The notes: generated from the letters alone by a model not told the origin. A stretch of DNA of 64,000 nt from Polyangiaceae bacterium (GCA_044376115.1 JBILLK010000037.1:1-64000), one strand, 5' to 3'; numbered from the stretch's first letter, positions 36,973-47,531 are shown. Program-made: numbers and translations.

Positions 36973-38100
36973 ATGGCTCTTCGCACTATTTATTCGATCT
37001 CTTTGGGCTCTCTTCTGGTTCTCAGCGCGACGCTCGTCGGTTGTGGCGACGACACAGGAACTGGCGGTACCGGCGCCGGCGGAAATCCTCCTGCCCCCTG
37101 TGAAGCTGCGACCGAATGCCCCAAGAGCCCGTGCGAGCTTGCGACCTGCACCGACGGCGTTTGTGGTACCGAGCCCAAGCCCGATGGCACCGCTGTCGAC
37201 ATCCAAACAGGCGGCGATTGCAAGGTGGAGGTTTGTGATGGCGCTGGCGCACTCCGCTTTGAGGTGGACTCCACCGACGTACCGACGAACGACCTTGAAT
37301 CCTGTGAGGTAGGCACGTGCGACGGAGAACTTCCTGGGGTTGCGCCTGCCGAGTTCGGATCCCAATGTCAGGGAGATGGCTTTTGCAACGCTAGCGGCAA
37401 CTGCGTGCAGTGCATCGAAGACATGATGTGCGAGTCGATGGTGTGCAATCCGGACAATGGCGAGTGCGCTCCTATTCATTGCGGCAGTGGCGTGCTGGAC
37501 GGGGATGAGACCGATGTCGATTGTGGTGGCTCGTGTGCACGTTGTGCGGATGGCCTCAATTGCGATCAAGGCAATGACTGTCAGAGCGACGTCTGCGAAG
37601 CCGGAGAATGCCAAGTCCCAACCTGTAAAGATGGCGAGCGCAACGGCACGGAAACCGACGAGGATTGCGGCGGGGATTGTCCGCCCTGCACCCTCGGCAG
37701 CAACTGCTTGGTCGGCGCAGACTGCTCGAGCACGATCTGCAAGCAAGGCGAGTGCGGCCAGATCAACAACTGCGACCCGACCTCGTCGGTGGACCTGACC
37801 GGTCAGGCGTCGGTCGCGGTCGCCTTTGGCGGCACCGACGGCAACAACTATAATCCGCGTTGCATCCGCGTTTCAGAAGGCACGGTTATCACCTTCAACG
37901 GCGATTTCTCGCTGCATCCCTTCGTCGGTGGTGAGGTCGTCAATGGCGCCAAGGTCCAAGCGGCCAGCGGTCCCTTCGTTCCGGCGACTAGCTCGGGGAT
38001 GACCAAAGACTTCACCGCGAGCACCGAAGGGAACTACGGCTTCTATTGCGAGATCCACGCAATCGGCGGCATGAACGGGGCCGTCTTCGTCGAGCCTTAG
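36973..38100 (+). CDS. Lipoprotein with Cys-rich repeats and a C-terminal plastocyanin-like cupredoxin domain
   Basis: LVGC lipobox; DGDETDVDCGG and NGTETDEDCGG repeats; type-1 copper ligands H(PF)...YCEIHAIGGM. Confidence 0.8.
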   Translation: MALRTIYSISLGSLLVLSATLVGCGDDTGTGGTGAGGNPPAPCEAATECPKSPCELATCTDGVCGTEPKPDGTAVDIQTGGDCKVEVCDGAGALRFEVDSTDVPTNDLESCEVGTCDGELPGVAPAEFGSQCQGDGFCNASGNCVQCIEDMMCESMVCNPDNGECAPIHCGSGVLDGDETDVDCGGSCARCADGLNCDQGNDCQSDVCEAGECQVPTCKDGERNGTETDEDCGGDCPPCTLGSNCLVGADCSSTICKQGECGQINNCDPTSSVDLTGQASVAVAFGGTDGNNYNPRCIRVSEGTVITFNGDFSLHPFVGGEVVNGAKVQAASGPFVPATSSGMTKDFTASTEGNYGFYCEIHAIGGMNGAVFVEP

Positions 38101-38103
38101 TCG

Positions 38104-39324
38104 CTACGAAGCGCTGAACGCGAGCCGCTGCGCCGTCTCGCGCAGCGTGGCTTCGGAGGCGGGCGAGGACAACCTTCCCTCCGCAAAATCTGGGCGACCG
38201 CCACCGCGGCCGCCCAGTTCCTTTGTCAGGTCGCCAAGCAGTCGGCGCGCGTCGATGGGCCGCTGTTTGCCGCTGACGACCACGAGCGGTCTTCCGCTCG
38301 GAGGTGCGTCCATCCCGACTCCCACGACGGCGCGAACCCCCTCGCGCGCTGCGATTCGGTTTGCGACCTCCCGAACCATGGCCGCATCGAACGCCTCAGC
38401 TAGAAAGACGACCAGCGAAGCCGTTTCGAGCCCGGCTGCATAGGATTCGGTCAGGCGCGCGCGTAGCTCTCCGCGCTCGCGGCGAAGGTCGGAGAGCTCG
38501 CTGCGAAGCCGACTGACGGCGCTCTCAACGTCTTCCCCTCCAGCGCCAAGCAGCACCGCGAGTCGTGCGAGTTGTTGCCTGTGCTCGCTGAACTCGCTGC
38601 GTGCGCGTGGGCCGGCGGTGAAGCGTATGCGCGTGAGGCCCTTGTGCTTCTCGGTCCCGGTAATGGCAATAACGCCCATCTCGCTGCTGCTCGTGCAATG
38701 GGTGCCCCCGCAAGGCGTGAAGTCGAAGTCGCCGATAGCGATTACTCGCACCTGCTCTTCGACCTTGGGCGCTCGGCGCAGCGGTAGCCTCGCGAGTTCG
38801 TGTGGGTCGGGAAACCAAGCGCGCACGAGCACGTTGTCATCGACAATGCTGTTGGCGAGCTTCTCTGCGCGGGCGAGCGCTGCGGCCGAAAGTTCGCCGC
38901 GCGAAACATCGATGGTCGCGGCAGACCCACCGAGTCGAGCCGAGACGGTTGCGCCGCAGTCCTCGAGCTCGAGCGCCCGCGAAAGGCAGTGCTGGGCCGT
39001 GTGCAGCGCGGTGAACTCGCGGCGCCTCTGCGGTTCGACCTGGGCGGTGACGACAGCGCTCGCGGTTAGCTCCGCGAGCTCCCCACTCACGCGGTGGCGC
39101 ACGACCCCGGCCTCGTCAATCTGGACGTCCTCCACGCTGAAGGTCCGGTCGCCTACCGTCAGCGTGCCACGGTCGGAGGGTTGCCCGCCGCCTTCGGGGT
39201 AAAACGCCGTGTCCCGAAGCACCAGGTGGGTGTGACCGCCTTCCTCCTGGATGGCGACGATCTCGGAGCAAAAGCTGAGCTCACGCTCGAAGTAGAGCTT
39301 GCGGGTCGCGGTGAGCTCAGCCAT
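38104..39324 (-). CDS. AlaX-type alanyl-tRNA editing protein with DHHA1 domain
   Basis: TAFYPEGGGQPSDRG, HTAQH, CGGTH, GGRGGGRPDFAEG. Confidence 0.9.
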   Translation of the reverse strand: MAELTATRKLYFERELSFCSEIVAIQEEGGHTHLVLRDTAFYPEGGGQPSDRGTLTVGDRTFSVEDVQIDEAGVVRHRVSGELAELTASAVVTAQVEPQRRREFTALHTAQHCLSRALELEDCGATVSARLGGSAATIDVSRGELSAAALARAEKLANSIVDDNVLVRAWFPDPHELARLPLRRAPKVEEQVRVIAIGDFDFTPCGGTHCTSSSEMGVIAITGTEKHKGLTRIRFTAGPRARSEFSEHRQQLARLAVLLGAGGEDVESAVSRLRSELSDLRRERGELRARLTESYAAGLETASLVVFLAEAFDAAMVREVANRIAAREGVRAVVGVGMDAPPSGRPLVVVSGKQRPIDARRLLGDLTKELGGRGGGRPDFAEGRLSSPASEATLRETAQRLAFSAS

Positions 39325-39329
39325 CGATT

Positions 39330-40604
39330 TCAGCGGCTGAAGGGCTGCTTGCCTGCGAACTGCTCGGCGTCCCCGAGCTGGTAGGCGATGCGCAGCAGCT
39401 GGTTGTACTTGGCCGTGCGATCCGAGCGCGAGGCCGAGCCGGTCTTGATCTGGCCAGCGTTGGTTGCCACCGCGAGGTCGGCGATGAACGAGTCTTCGGT
39501 TTCTCCGGAGCGGTGAGAGATGATCGCACCGTAGGAGTTTCGCTGCGCCAAGCGGATGCAATCGAGGGTCTCGGTCACGGTGCCGATCTGGTTCAACTTC
39601 ACCAGGATGGCGTTGGCGATGCCGGCCTCGATGCCCTTCTTGAAGCGCTTCGGGTTGGTGACGAACAGATCATCTCCGACCAGCTGAACCTTCTTGCCGA
39701 GCGCTTCGGTCAAGAGCTTCCAGCCCTTGTCATCGCCTTCCGCGCAACCGTCCTCGATGCTGACAATCGGGAACTCGTCGCACCAGGTCTTGTAGATCTC
39801 GACGATCTCCTCGCGCGTCTTTTCCTTCTTGTCGAAGGTGTAGCGTTCCTTCTTCTCGTCGTAGAACTCGGACAACGCCGAGTCGAGCGCCAGGCTGATG
39901 TCCTTTCCGGGCTTGTAGCCGGCGGCCTCGATACCGCGCATCAACGCCTCGAGCGCCGAGCGATTGTCTGCCAGTCGCGGGGCGAAACCGCCCTCGTCTC
40001 CAACCGCGGTGACCATGCCGTCCTTCTTGAGGATCGACTTGAGCGCATGAAAAACCTCGACGCCCATGCGCAGCGCTTCAGCGAAGCTGTCAGCGCGGTG
40101 GGGGACGATCATGAACTCTTGGATCTCGAGCCCGCTGTCGGCGTGAACGCCGCCGTTGAGGACGTTCATCAGCGGGGTGGGCGTGGTTCGCGCCTGCACG
40201 CCGCCGAGGTAGCGCCAGAGCGGCAGGTCGATTGCGTCGGCGGCTGCGCGCGCGACGGCCATCGAGGTCGCGAGAATGGCGTTTGCGCCGAGCTTCTCCT
40301 TGTTGTGCGTGCCATCGGCGTCGCACAAGACGCGATCGATCGCGGCTTGGTCCAGCGCATCCATCCCGGAGATGGCCGGGCCGAGGACGTTCTCCACGGC
40401 TTTGACCGCACCCAGGACACCCTTGCCGAGGTAGCGCTTCTTGTCCCCATCGCGAAGCTCCACGGCCTCATGGGCGCCAGTTGATGCTCCGCTCGGAACA
40501 GCGGCGCGTCCCCAGCCGCTTGTCGTGGTTACTTCGACCTCGACGGTCGGGTTTCCGCGCGAATCCAAAACTTCGCGTGCAAGGACGTTCTCGATCTCGG
40601 ACAT
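39330..40604 (-). CDS. eno: Enolase
   Basis: [53 protein letters not shown]. Confidence 0.99.
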   Translation of the reverse strand: MSEIENVLAREVLDSRGNPTVEVEVTTTSGWGRAAVPSGASTGAHEAVELRDGDKKRYLGKGVLGAVKAVENVLGPAISGMDALDQAAIDRVLCDADGTHNKEKLGANAILATSMAVARAAADAIDLPLWRYLGGVQARTTPTPLMNVLNGGVHADSGLEIQEFMIVPHRADSFAEALRMGVEVFHALKSILKKDGMVTAVGDEGGFAPRLADNRSALEALMRGIEAAGYKPGKDISLALDSALSEFYDEKKERYTFDKKEKTREEIVEIYKTWCDEFPIVSIEDGCAEGDDKGWKLLTEALGKKVQLVGDDLFVTNPKRFKKGIEAGIANAILVKLNQIGTVTETLDCIRLAQRNSYGAIISHRSGETEDSFIADLAVATNAGQIKTGSASRSDRTAKYNQLLRIAYQLGDAEQFAGKQPFSR

Positions 40605-40747
40605 GTGCAATCTCCTATTTTTCTGCCTCACCGGCCAGGAACACTCGAACGCACCTGGGCGCAAGCGCTCCCGGCTCGCAGCGAGCGCGGAGCATAGCGG
40701 AATTCTTACGCGGGTTTCGACGGCTGTTGTAGTCTCCAGCCCCGTTC

Positions 40748-41404
40748 GTGAGCGAGACAGAGTCCATCGGCGTATTCGGTGAGGAGCTCATCCTCTGGGT
40801 GTGCATCTTGCGCCAATCTCCGCGCCGCCCCCAAGCTGACCACGTCTACCGACAAGCGAACTTCCTGCTCGACGAGCTGCGCCAGTCGAAGCAAGCGCAG
40901 CTCCTGCCCATCACCAGCGCTGAGGACGGCATGTTCGCCGTGGCCGCGCTGATCGACGAGATCGCCATGTCGCTGCCCGACATTCGGCCGTGGTGGAGCC
41001 AGAACATGCTGCAAGCGCGCCGCTTCAACACCAACAACGCCGGTGTTGAGTTCTACCAGCGGCTCGACCGGGTGAGGCAAGGGCCCAAAACCATCCTCGC
41101 CACGTATGTCGTCGTCCTCGGCTGCGGCTTCCTCGGGCAATACGGTTTGCCCGGACGCGACCCGTATTTGCTCAACCAACTGCGGGCGCAGCTCGCTCGC
41201 GAGCTCGGGGTGGACGCCGATCGAGACGTGATGTCAGGCGCGATCAAGGCCTACCGTTATGACGCGATGCCGGCTGAGTTCCTACCCAAAGAGCCGATTT
41301 GGAAGACGGTCTGGGTGGGCCGGCTGGTCGCAGTGATCCTGCTGTTCGTCGGCGGGATTTTGCTCGGTTACGCGCTCGACGCATACATGAGGCTCAAAGG
41401 ATGA
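40748..41404 (+). CDS. tssL: DotU/TssL-family protein
   Basis: [40 protein letters not shown], single C-terminal TM. Confidence 0.85.
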   Translation: MSETESIGVFGEELILWVCILRQSPRRPQADHVYRQANFLLDELRQSKQAQLLPITSAEDGMFAVAALIDEIAMSLPDIRPWWSQNMLQARRFNTNNAGVEFYQRLDRVRQGPKTILATYVVVLGCGFLGQYGLPGRDPYLLNQLRAQLARELGVDADRDVMSGAIKAYRYDAMPAEFLPKEPIWKTVWVGRLVAVILLFVGGILLGYALDAYMRLKG

Positions 41405-42447
41405 GCGGCTCATTTTCGGCGGAGCTGGCGAGGGTTCAATCGCGCATCGGCAAGAGCGTCTACTCGGTGCCCTGGTACCTGGTGCTCGGTGAGCCCCTGG
41501 TAGGCAAGTCCACCTTCTTGCGCACCTCCAATCTGACGATGCGTGAAGCGCCGATCGAGGGCCAGTATTGCCACTATTGGCTGGCCAATGAAGCGGTGAT
41601 GATCGAGGCGCGCGAGCCGCTCGTGGGGCCCAACAAGAACCTCGCGCTGCTGCGCGATCTGATCGAGTGTGTGCTGAAGTTGCGACCTCGCGAGCCGCTC
41701 GACGGCATCGTCTTGGTGATGAGCGCGACCGACATCGCCGAGCGGGTGGAGGAGCCACTCGAGGAGCACGCTCAGCACCTGCGGAGCTACCTGATCGAAG
41801 TATGTCGCACGCTCCAGGTCGATATTCCGGTCTACGTCGTGATCAATCGCTACGACACGCTATGGGGCTTCGCCGAGGTCTTCTCGTGGAATGCCGATCG
41901 CGCAAAAGAGGACTCCTGGGGCTTCCTCGTGCACCCAACGGTCCCGAGCCAAGATACGTGGACCCACGCCCAAGAGGGCCTGCGCGGTCTCACGGCTCGC
42001 GTGGAGGCCCAATGTTTGATGAAGCTCTCCAGCGAAGATGGCGTTGAGCAACGAATCCGCTCCTTCCAACATCTGGTGGAGTCGCGGGTGTTTCTCGAGC
42101 GCATGTTCGAGGTGTTGAAGATCCTCTCCTTCTCGAGCGCCTATGAACGAGCGCCCTGGCTGCGCTCGACGATCTTGGGCAGCTCGGTCCCTGGCGCCGG
42201 TGACCGTATTCGCGCAGGAATGGCGCGCTTTGCGAACATGGGGCTCGCTCAGAACCCGTATGATCCCAACCGCTCTGGTCGCCCGGGCGGCCTTCCATTG
42301 CACGGTTTTCTGCGCGGGGTCGTGCTGCCGGAGAAGGAACTCGTGCCGCTCAAAGTGCGTTGGCGCGACGACCCGATCTGTGTGATCGGGTTCATCCTCG
42401 GGTTCCTCTTTTTACTCAGCAGCTTCCTCGTGCGCTACGCGCTCTGA
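41401..42447 (+). CDS. Short IcmF/TssM-like protein (cytoplasmic NTPase-like domain + one TM only)
   Basis: YSVPWYLVLGEPLVGKST, CHYWLANEAV, RPREPLDGIVL, PVYVVINRYDTLWGF; ATGA overlap with tssL; stops right after a TM helix. Confidence 0.8.
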   Translation: MSGSFSAELARVQSRIGKSVYSVPWYLVLGEPLVGKSTFLRTSNLTMREAPIEGQYCHYWLANEAVMIEAREPLVGPNKNLALLRDLIECVLKLRPREPLDGIVLVMSATDIAERVEEPLEEHAQHLRSYLIEVCRTLQVDIPVYVVINRYDTLWGFAEVFSWNADRAKEDSWGFLVHPTVPSQDTWTHAQEGLRGLTARVEAQCLMKLSSEDGVEQRIRSFQHLVESRVFLERMFEVLKILSFSSAYERAPWLRSTILGSSVPGAGDRIRAGMARFANMGLAQNPYDPNRSGRPGGLPLHGFLRGVVLPEKELVPLKVRWRDDPICVIGFILGFLFLLSSFLVRYAL

Positions 42448-42470
42448 GCGCCTGCGCTCGAGTGAGCCGG

Positions 42471-43124
42471 CTAGTTTTCGCCGATCACCCAATCTTCGCC
42501 CTCGGCCTCGTCCGCGGGCTGCTCGTCCGCGGTGGGCTCCTCAGTCTCGCTGGGCTCGCCCGTCTCTTCCTCCGTCTGCTCCGTCGTCGAAGCGGACTCC
42601 ACCTCCTCATCGGTTACGACCGCGGGCTCGTGTCGCTTGCGCCGCGACTTGTGCGGCTTGTTCTTGGCTAGCGACTTTACCGAGTGGCCGGAGCTGAGGC
42701 TGACCTCACCGAGTGACTCCGACTTCTCGAAGCTCTTGCCGGCCAATAGGAGCGTAGCCCTGTCCAAATCGCGAACCTCCTCGCTGCGGAACTCGACCGT
42801 GATGCGAGCTTCGCCGCCGCGCGGGATGTGCACGGGCTTGTGGGTCCGCGTTCCGGCGCGGCTCGGGATCTTCGAGCCGTCCTCGAGCCGCAGCGCAAAA
42901 TCATCGCGAGCGACGAGCAACGCTTCAGCCCCGCGGTTCTCGACCTGTGCGCGCACAACCACACGATTGCCACGGACGTAGGCATCGCGAATGCTGATGC
43001 GCACGCCGTCTTCCACAACCGGCGCATCGGCGTACAACGCAACCTTGGGACCTCGACAGCCGGTGGCCACGAGCAATCCCAAGAGGCCGGCCATGAACAG
43101 ATTCTTCGTGTGGCGGTACAACAT
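42471..43124 (-). CDS. Hypothetical lipoprotein with acidic tail
   Basis: LLVATGC lipobox, Ig-like strands, Glu-rich C-terminus; start uncertain. Confidence 0.6.
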   Translation of the reverse strand: MLYRHTKNLFMAGLLGLLVATGCRGPKVALYADAPVVEDGVRISIRDAYVRGNRVVVRAQVENRGAEALLVARDDFALRLEDGSKIPSRAGTRTHKPVHIPRGGEARITVEFRSEEVRDLDRATLLLAGKSFEKSESLGEVSLSSGHSVKSLAKNKPHKSRRKRHEPAVVTDEEVESASTTEQTEEETGEPSETEEPTADEQPADEAEGEDWVIGEN

Positions 43125-43254
43125 GCCTTCATGGGTAACACCAGCTCGACTTTTCGCGCTCGAGCGAGCAGGTTCCCGACCCCGAGAGCAGCTTTTCGCC
43201 GACTTGCTGAACGCGACTCTGCACGGCCAGCTCGGCCTCCGATAGAGTTGCCGC

Positions 43255-44118
43255 ATGTCGGGGATTTTCGCGGACGTCCTACTTCCGTTGGCGCTTGGGA
43301 TCATCATGCTCGGGCTCGGTCTTTCGCTAACGACGCAGGACTTCCTGCGAGTTGCGCGGATACCGTTGGCAGTCCTTGTTGGCTTGGCCTGCCAGATGCT
43401 GCTCTTGCCCGCCGTATGTTACGGCGTCGCCGTGTTGTTTCGGCTTCCGCCGGAGCTAGCGGTTGGGTTGATGTTGCTTTCGGCCTCTCCAGGAGGCGCA
43501 ACCGCCAACCTCTTCAGCCACTTGGCCAAGGGCGACGTAGCGCTCAACATCACTCTGACGGCGACCAACAGCTTGTTGTCGCTGTTTACGCTGCCCTTCA
43601 TCGTCTCGTTCAGTTTGCGGGCCTTCATGGCTTCGGACCAACAGATCCCGATTCAGCCGCAGAAGGTGATCCAGGTTTTCGCGATCGTGCTGGTGCCGGT
43701 GATCATCGGCATGGTGATTCGCCGCGTGAAGGAGCCGTGGGCGCTGAGCGCCGACAAGCCTGTACGTATTGCGTCGGCCGTCTTTCTCGCGCTGATCGTG
43801 ATCGCCTCGATTGGCAAAGAGGGCGCGAAGGTCGGCGGCTACATCCAGCAGATCGGTCTAGCGGCGTTGGTCTTCAACCTGCTCAGCCTCAGCGTCGGTT
43901 ACTTCGTCCCGCTGGCTGTGAAGCTGCCGCGCAAACAGGCCGTGGCGATCGGTATGGAGATCGGTATTCACAACGCGACGCTGGCGATTGCTGTCGCCAA
44001 CAACGTGCTCGGAAACGCGACCATGGCGGTGCCCCCAGCCGTCTACGGCGTGCTGATGTTCGGTACGGCCGCGGGCTTCAGCTTCCTCATGAATCGGCGG
44101 AGCGCTGCCGAAGGCTGA
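43255..44118 (+). CDS. Bile acid:sodium symporter family transporter
   Basis: MLGLGLSLT, SPGGATAN, GDVALNITLT, EIGIHNATLA. Confidence 0.93.
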   Translation: MSGIFADVLLPLALGIIMLGLGLSLTTQDFLRVARIPLAVLVGLACQMLLLPAVCYGVAVLFRLPPELAVGLMLLSASPGGATANLFSHLAKGDVALNITLTATNSLLSLFTLPFIVSFSLRAFMASDQQIPIQPQKVIQVFAIVLVPVIIGMVIRRVKEPWALSADKPVRIASAVFLALIVIASIGKEGAKVGGYIQQIGLAALVFNLLSLSVGYFVPLAVKLPRKQAVAIGMEIGIHNATLAIAVANNVLGNATMAVPPAVYGVLMFGTAAGFSFLMNRRSAAEG

Positions 44119-45193
44119 CGCGTCGGCCATCGATGCGCGTACGTGTGGCTCGCAGCGGTTTGAGCCTCGGTGATTCACGGAGCGCCAGCTCGGTCGACGG
44201 GGGCAGCAGCATCGGCCGGCGCGCCGCTTCGGGGCGCGCGCGCATGGCGACGATCAAGCGCCGTTCTTCGGTCGATTCGGCGTAGTCGACGAGCCGCGAG
44301 GACGCCGGCTTCTCGCCAAGGATCGCGAAGCCGCCCACTCGCCCCAGGAGCGCCAGCTGTTCGTGGCGCTCTTCTTCGGTGTGGTTCACGATCAGCAGCA
44401 GACCTCCTGGCTTGAGTAACGAATAGGCGTGGCGCAGCATGCGTTCGGGGAGGAAGTGAGGCAGCGGAAGTCCCCATCGCAAGAGCGCGTAGCGCAAAAC
44501 GAACGGGAACCAGAAGAAGATCACGTCCTGGTCACCTTCCTCTCGTTGCAGGAAGTCGGAGACCTGGTAGCTGACCGAGTCCTTGCGCTCCTGTGAGCCA
44601 GCCATCGCGGCAGCATCGCGCGCATGAGCCTCTCCGTGGTCGCGCCGAAGCGAGAGATCTCGGTAGATGACATCGCCGTCGAGCTCGACGCCCGACAGCT
44701 TGATCGGCTTCACGCCAGCGCGTGCCGAGAGCCAACTTCGCAGCGCGTACGCGTAGCGGAAGTCCATTGAGCCGACATCGATCGAACGCAGCTCGCTGCC
44801 CTCGAACTCAGCGATGCAGGGCCGCACTAGCTCCTTGGCTCGATCGAGCACGTCGAGCACGTACAGGTTGTCGCGATAGTGGCGACGGCTCGAGCGCTGG
44901 TACAGGTCCTCGAGCTTGTATTGCTCACGAAGCTCCCTCTCGCGCGCTTCGCTTGCGACGCGTTCCTCTCCCTCGAGATAGTTGAAGAGCTCGGCCTTGT
45001 CCTCGTTGCGGAAGCTCACCGCCCGACCCTTGAAGCGAATCAGCCGACGAAGCTTGAACGCGAGCTGATTCCAGGGCGCGCGCAGAATGATCAACGCCGT
45101 GAGGTCGACCTTTCGCGCCGTCATGAGCGAAAGGCTCACCCACACCAAGGGGACAAGCCCCACCAGCAGGAGGATGGCCTGTGTAGCGGACAT
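44087..45193 (-). CDS. Putative class I SAM-dependent methyltransferase with N-terminal TM
   Basis: IDVGS motif I, GVELD motif II, LLKPGGLLLIVN. Confidence 0.6.
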   Translation of the reverse strand: MSATQAILLLVGLVPLVWVSLSLMTARKVDLTALIILRAPWNQLAFKLRRLIRFKGRAVSFRNEDKAELFNYLEGEERVASEARERELREQYKLEDLYQRSSRRHYRDNLYVLDVLDRAKELVRPCIAEFEGSELRSIDVGSMDFRYAYALRSWLSARAGVKPIKLSGVELDGDVIYRDLSLRRDHGEAHARDAAAMAGSQERKDSVSYQVSDFLQREEGDQDVIFFWFPFVLRYALLRWGLPLPHFLPERMLRHAYSLLKPGGLLLIVNHTEEERHEQLALLGRVGGFAILGEKPASSRLVDYAESTEERRLIVAMRARPEAARRPMLLPPSTELALRESPRLKPLRATRTRIDGRRVSLRQRSADS

Positions 45194-45324
45194 GATGCTC
45201 GCTAAGCAAACTCAGCGCCGTTCGCTCTTGCGCGTAGATTCCAGGGGTTCCGGCGACCTCCAGCGACAGCGCGATGACGCCAGAGGTCGCAAGTGTCACC
45301 GCTCTGGCGCTCGACGGCGCTGGC

Positions 45325-46128
45325 TCAACAGCGGGTGATGCTGACCGAGTGTATGATGATCGGCGCGTTCGGCTCTTCGTTGCTGGCGGGCACTTCAGTG
45401 ATGGTCTTGATCACGTCGATCTCGGAGCACAGGCCGAAGATTGTGTAGCCGCCATCGAGGAAGGAGGCCTCGATTTCTGCCACCATGAAGAACTGACTGC
45501 CGTTGGTGTCTGGGCCAGCGTTCGCGTACGAGAGCGTGCCGGGCACATGGCTCTTGTTGTTCGCGGTCTCGTTGACGAACTCGTAGCCCGGCCCACCGAA
45601 GCCGTTGCCCAACGGGTCTCCACCTTGCGCCACGAAGTCGTCCACCACGCGGTGGAACGTGAGGCCGTCGTAGTAGCGCACGCCGCGCGTCCATACGTCG
45701 GTCTCCGGGTGCAAGAAGGCCCTTCGTCCTCGCGCCAAGCCGACGAAGTTGGCGACGCCGATCGGTGCCACCTCGGGGAATAGCTCGCAGGTGATGGTGC
45801 CGAAGTCGGTATCGAAGATCGCTCGTAACGGGCCTGGCCCCTCGGGCAGTTCGGCCAGGGCTTCATCGAGCGTGAAGTCGTTGTTCTCCGGATCGGCGCC
45901 ACCGCCAAGCTCCTCGAACGGTGCATCAACGTCCTCACCGCAAGAAGCTGCTCCGCCCCCGCCGCTGCTGTTGCTGCCACCGCTGCTACTGCCACCGCTG
46001 CTGGGGTTTCCACCGCCCCCGCTGTCGCTGGTAGAGGAGCCGCCTTGTCCGCCTGCATTGCTGCTCGACGACGAGTCTCCGCAGCCTGCGAGGAGGAATG
46101 AAAAGAGTGCGGCGAAGGAAAGCTTCAT
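45325..46128 (-). CDS. Cyclophilin-type peptidyl-prolyl isomerase lipoprotein
   Basis: LAGC; APIGVANFVGLA, YDGLTFHRVV, QGGDP.GNG.GGPGY, ANAGPDTNGSQFF. Confidence 0.95.
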   Translation of the reverse strand: MKLSFAALFSFLLAGCGDSSSSSNAGGQGGSSTSDSGGGGNPSSGGSSSGGSNSSGGGGAASCGEDVDAPFEELGGGADPENNDFTLDEALAELPEGPGPLRAIFDTDFGTITCELFPEVAPIGVANFVGLARGRRAFLHPETDVWTRGVRYYDGLTFHRVVDDFVAQGGDPLGNGFGGPGYEFVNETANNKSHVPGTLSYANAGPDTNGSQFFMVAEIEASFLDGGYTIFGLCSEIDVIKTITEVPASNEEPNAPIIIHSVSITRC

Positions 46129-46164
46129 TGCGTCACGGTACACGCCTGCGCTCGAAAGAACGAC

Positions 46165-46193
46165 TTGTTGACCTCGGGTCAGGCCTCTATTCT
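46165..46193 (+). promoter_or_regulatory. Candidate promoter with overlapping palindromic operator upstream of the TetR gene
   Basis: TTGTTG-N17-TATTCT enclosing TTGACC-TCG-GGTCAG. Confidence 0.5.
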
Positions 46194-46239
46194 GACGAAG
46201 GTGTTCCTTGCGGAACGCTCAAGAACTAAGCGAGGACTG

Positions 46240-46839
46240 ATGGCTACAAGCGAGCAACCGAAACGACGCGAGCGACTCGACACTGCCGCTCGACGTGAAC
46301 AATTGATCGCCGTCGGTCGCGAGTTGTTTCAGCAGCGCCCGTATGACCAAGTGTCGATGGACGACGTCGCAGCCGGGGCGGGCGTCTCCAAGGGCCTGAT
46401 TTTCCACTACTTCGATTCGAAGCGCGATCTCTACGTCGAGATCATTGGTCGCGGCGCGACCGATCTGATGCAGGCCTCGGCTGTTCCCGATGCAACCGCG
46501 ATGGCGCCGATTGAGCGCCTAACCGCAGGCTTGCACCGCTACCTCGAGTACGCCGAGCGTGCAGGGCGCGGCTACACCTCGTTGCTCACCGGCGGCGTTG
46601 GCGTCGATCCGGAGGTGGTCAACATCGTCGAGTCGGTGCGTCGAACCTTCGTTGACCGAATTCTGTCGAGCCTGCCCTACGCCCCAACGGCTTTGACGCG
46701 GGTGGCGGTTCGCGGCTTCGTCGGCTTCGTTGAGGCGGCGAGCGTGGAGTGGCTCAACAACAAGGACGAGGTAAGCCGCGAGCAGGTCGTGCAGCTGATG
46801 ATTCGCACGCTCTTCTCTACGCTTCAGCGCTCGGACTAA
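46240..46839 (+). CDS. TetR/AcrR-family regulator
   Basis: RREQLI...VSMDDVAAGAGVSKGLIFHYFDSKRDLY; SD GAGGA before ATG 46240. Confidence 0.95.
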   Translation: MATSEQPKRRERLDTAARREQLIAVGRELFQQRPYDQVSMDDVAAGAGVSKGLIFHYFDSKRDLYVEIIGRGATDLMQASAVPDATAMAPIERLTAGLHRYLEYAERAGRGYTSLLTGGVGVDPEVVNIVESVRRTFVDRILSSLPYAPTALTRVAVRGFVGFVEAASVEWLNNKDEVSREQVVQLMIRTLFSTLQRSD

Positions 46840-46871
46840 CGACGAGCGTTCAGCCTGAAGGTGCGCGAACG

Positions 46872-46914
46872 AAAAAGCCTTCGGCACTTCCGAGAGCGGA
46901 AGCGCGCCGAAGGC
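46872..46914 (-). terminator. Intrinsic terminator
   Basis: GCCTTCGGC...GCCGAAGGC stem preceded by AAAAA (U-tract on the minus strand), between convergent genes. Confidence 0.65.
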
Positions 46915-46937
46915 CAATCAGCACGAGCTGCTAGTAC

Positions 46938-47531
46938 TTACTCTTCTTCGGTAACCGCGCCGTCGCAGTTTTCAACCGAGACGAAGCCTTGGGCGATCTC
47001 GCACACTTTGCCTTCGCTCTCGACGCCCGCACACTTGAACGTCATCCAGGCTTGCCCGCCGACGGCGCCCTGGTCCTCCGAGTTGAACCAAAAGAGGCAG
47101 TTGCTCGCCGAGTAAAGCTCTCCGCCGGTGTCCACCGAGGCGTAGCTGAGCTGGCCCTCGATGGCGTTGGCTTCAGAGTCGTTGGCGCTGGAGATCCCAG
47201 TGACCTTTACCTGCAAGAACGGCTTCTCGTCGATCTTGGCGTTGACGTCGAAGCCTCCGCCCGCGCTGAGCACGCTGCAGGTCACCACGGTGTCTGCAGC
47301 ACCGTCCGCGATCATCTCGGGCGAGCCGGAGTTGCCGACGACGCCGACGCCCGCGTCATGGGTAACCAAGCTGCAGCTCGACCCTGTGTCTCGAAACTGC
47401 AGGAAGAAGGCGCCAGCCGGGGTCGGCAGGGGCGGGTCTTCACAGCCAAGGAGGAGGAGGGCAGCCAAGGAAGAACAGGTGGATGCTCGGAGCATGGTGG
47501 AGATGTACACCATGTCCAACTCGCCGGCCAT
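46938..47531 (-). CDS. Hypothetical Cys-containing lipoprotein
   Basis: LLLLGC lipobox; start may be 47495. Confidence 0.65.
   Translation of the reverse strand: MAGELDMVYISTMLRASTCSSLAALLLLGCEDPPLPTPAGAFFLQFRDTGSSCSLVTHDAGVGVVGNSGSPEMIADGAADTVVTCSVLSAGGGFDVNAKIDEKPFLQVKVTGISSANDSEANAIEGQLSYASVDTGGELYSASNCLFWFNSEDQGAVGGQAWMTFKCAGVESEGKVCEIAQGFVSVENCDGAVTEEE

Noticed and set aside
40748..42447. A complete type VI secretion locus
   Set aside because: No sheath, Hcp, VgrG, baseplate, ClpV or TssJ genes anywhere in the window.
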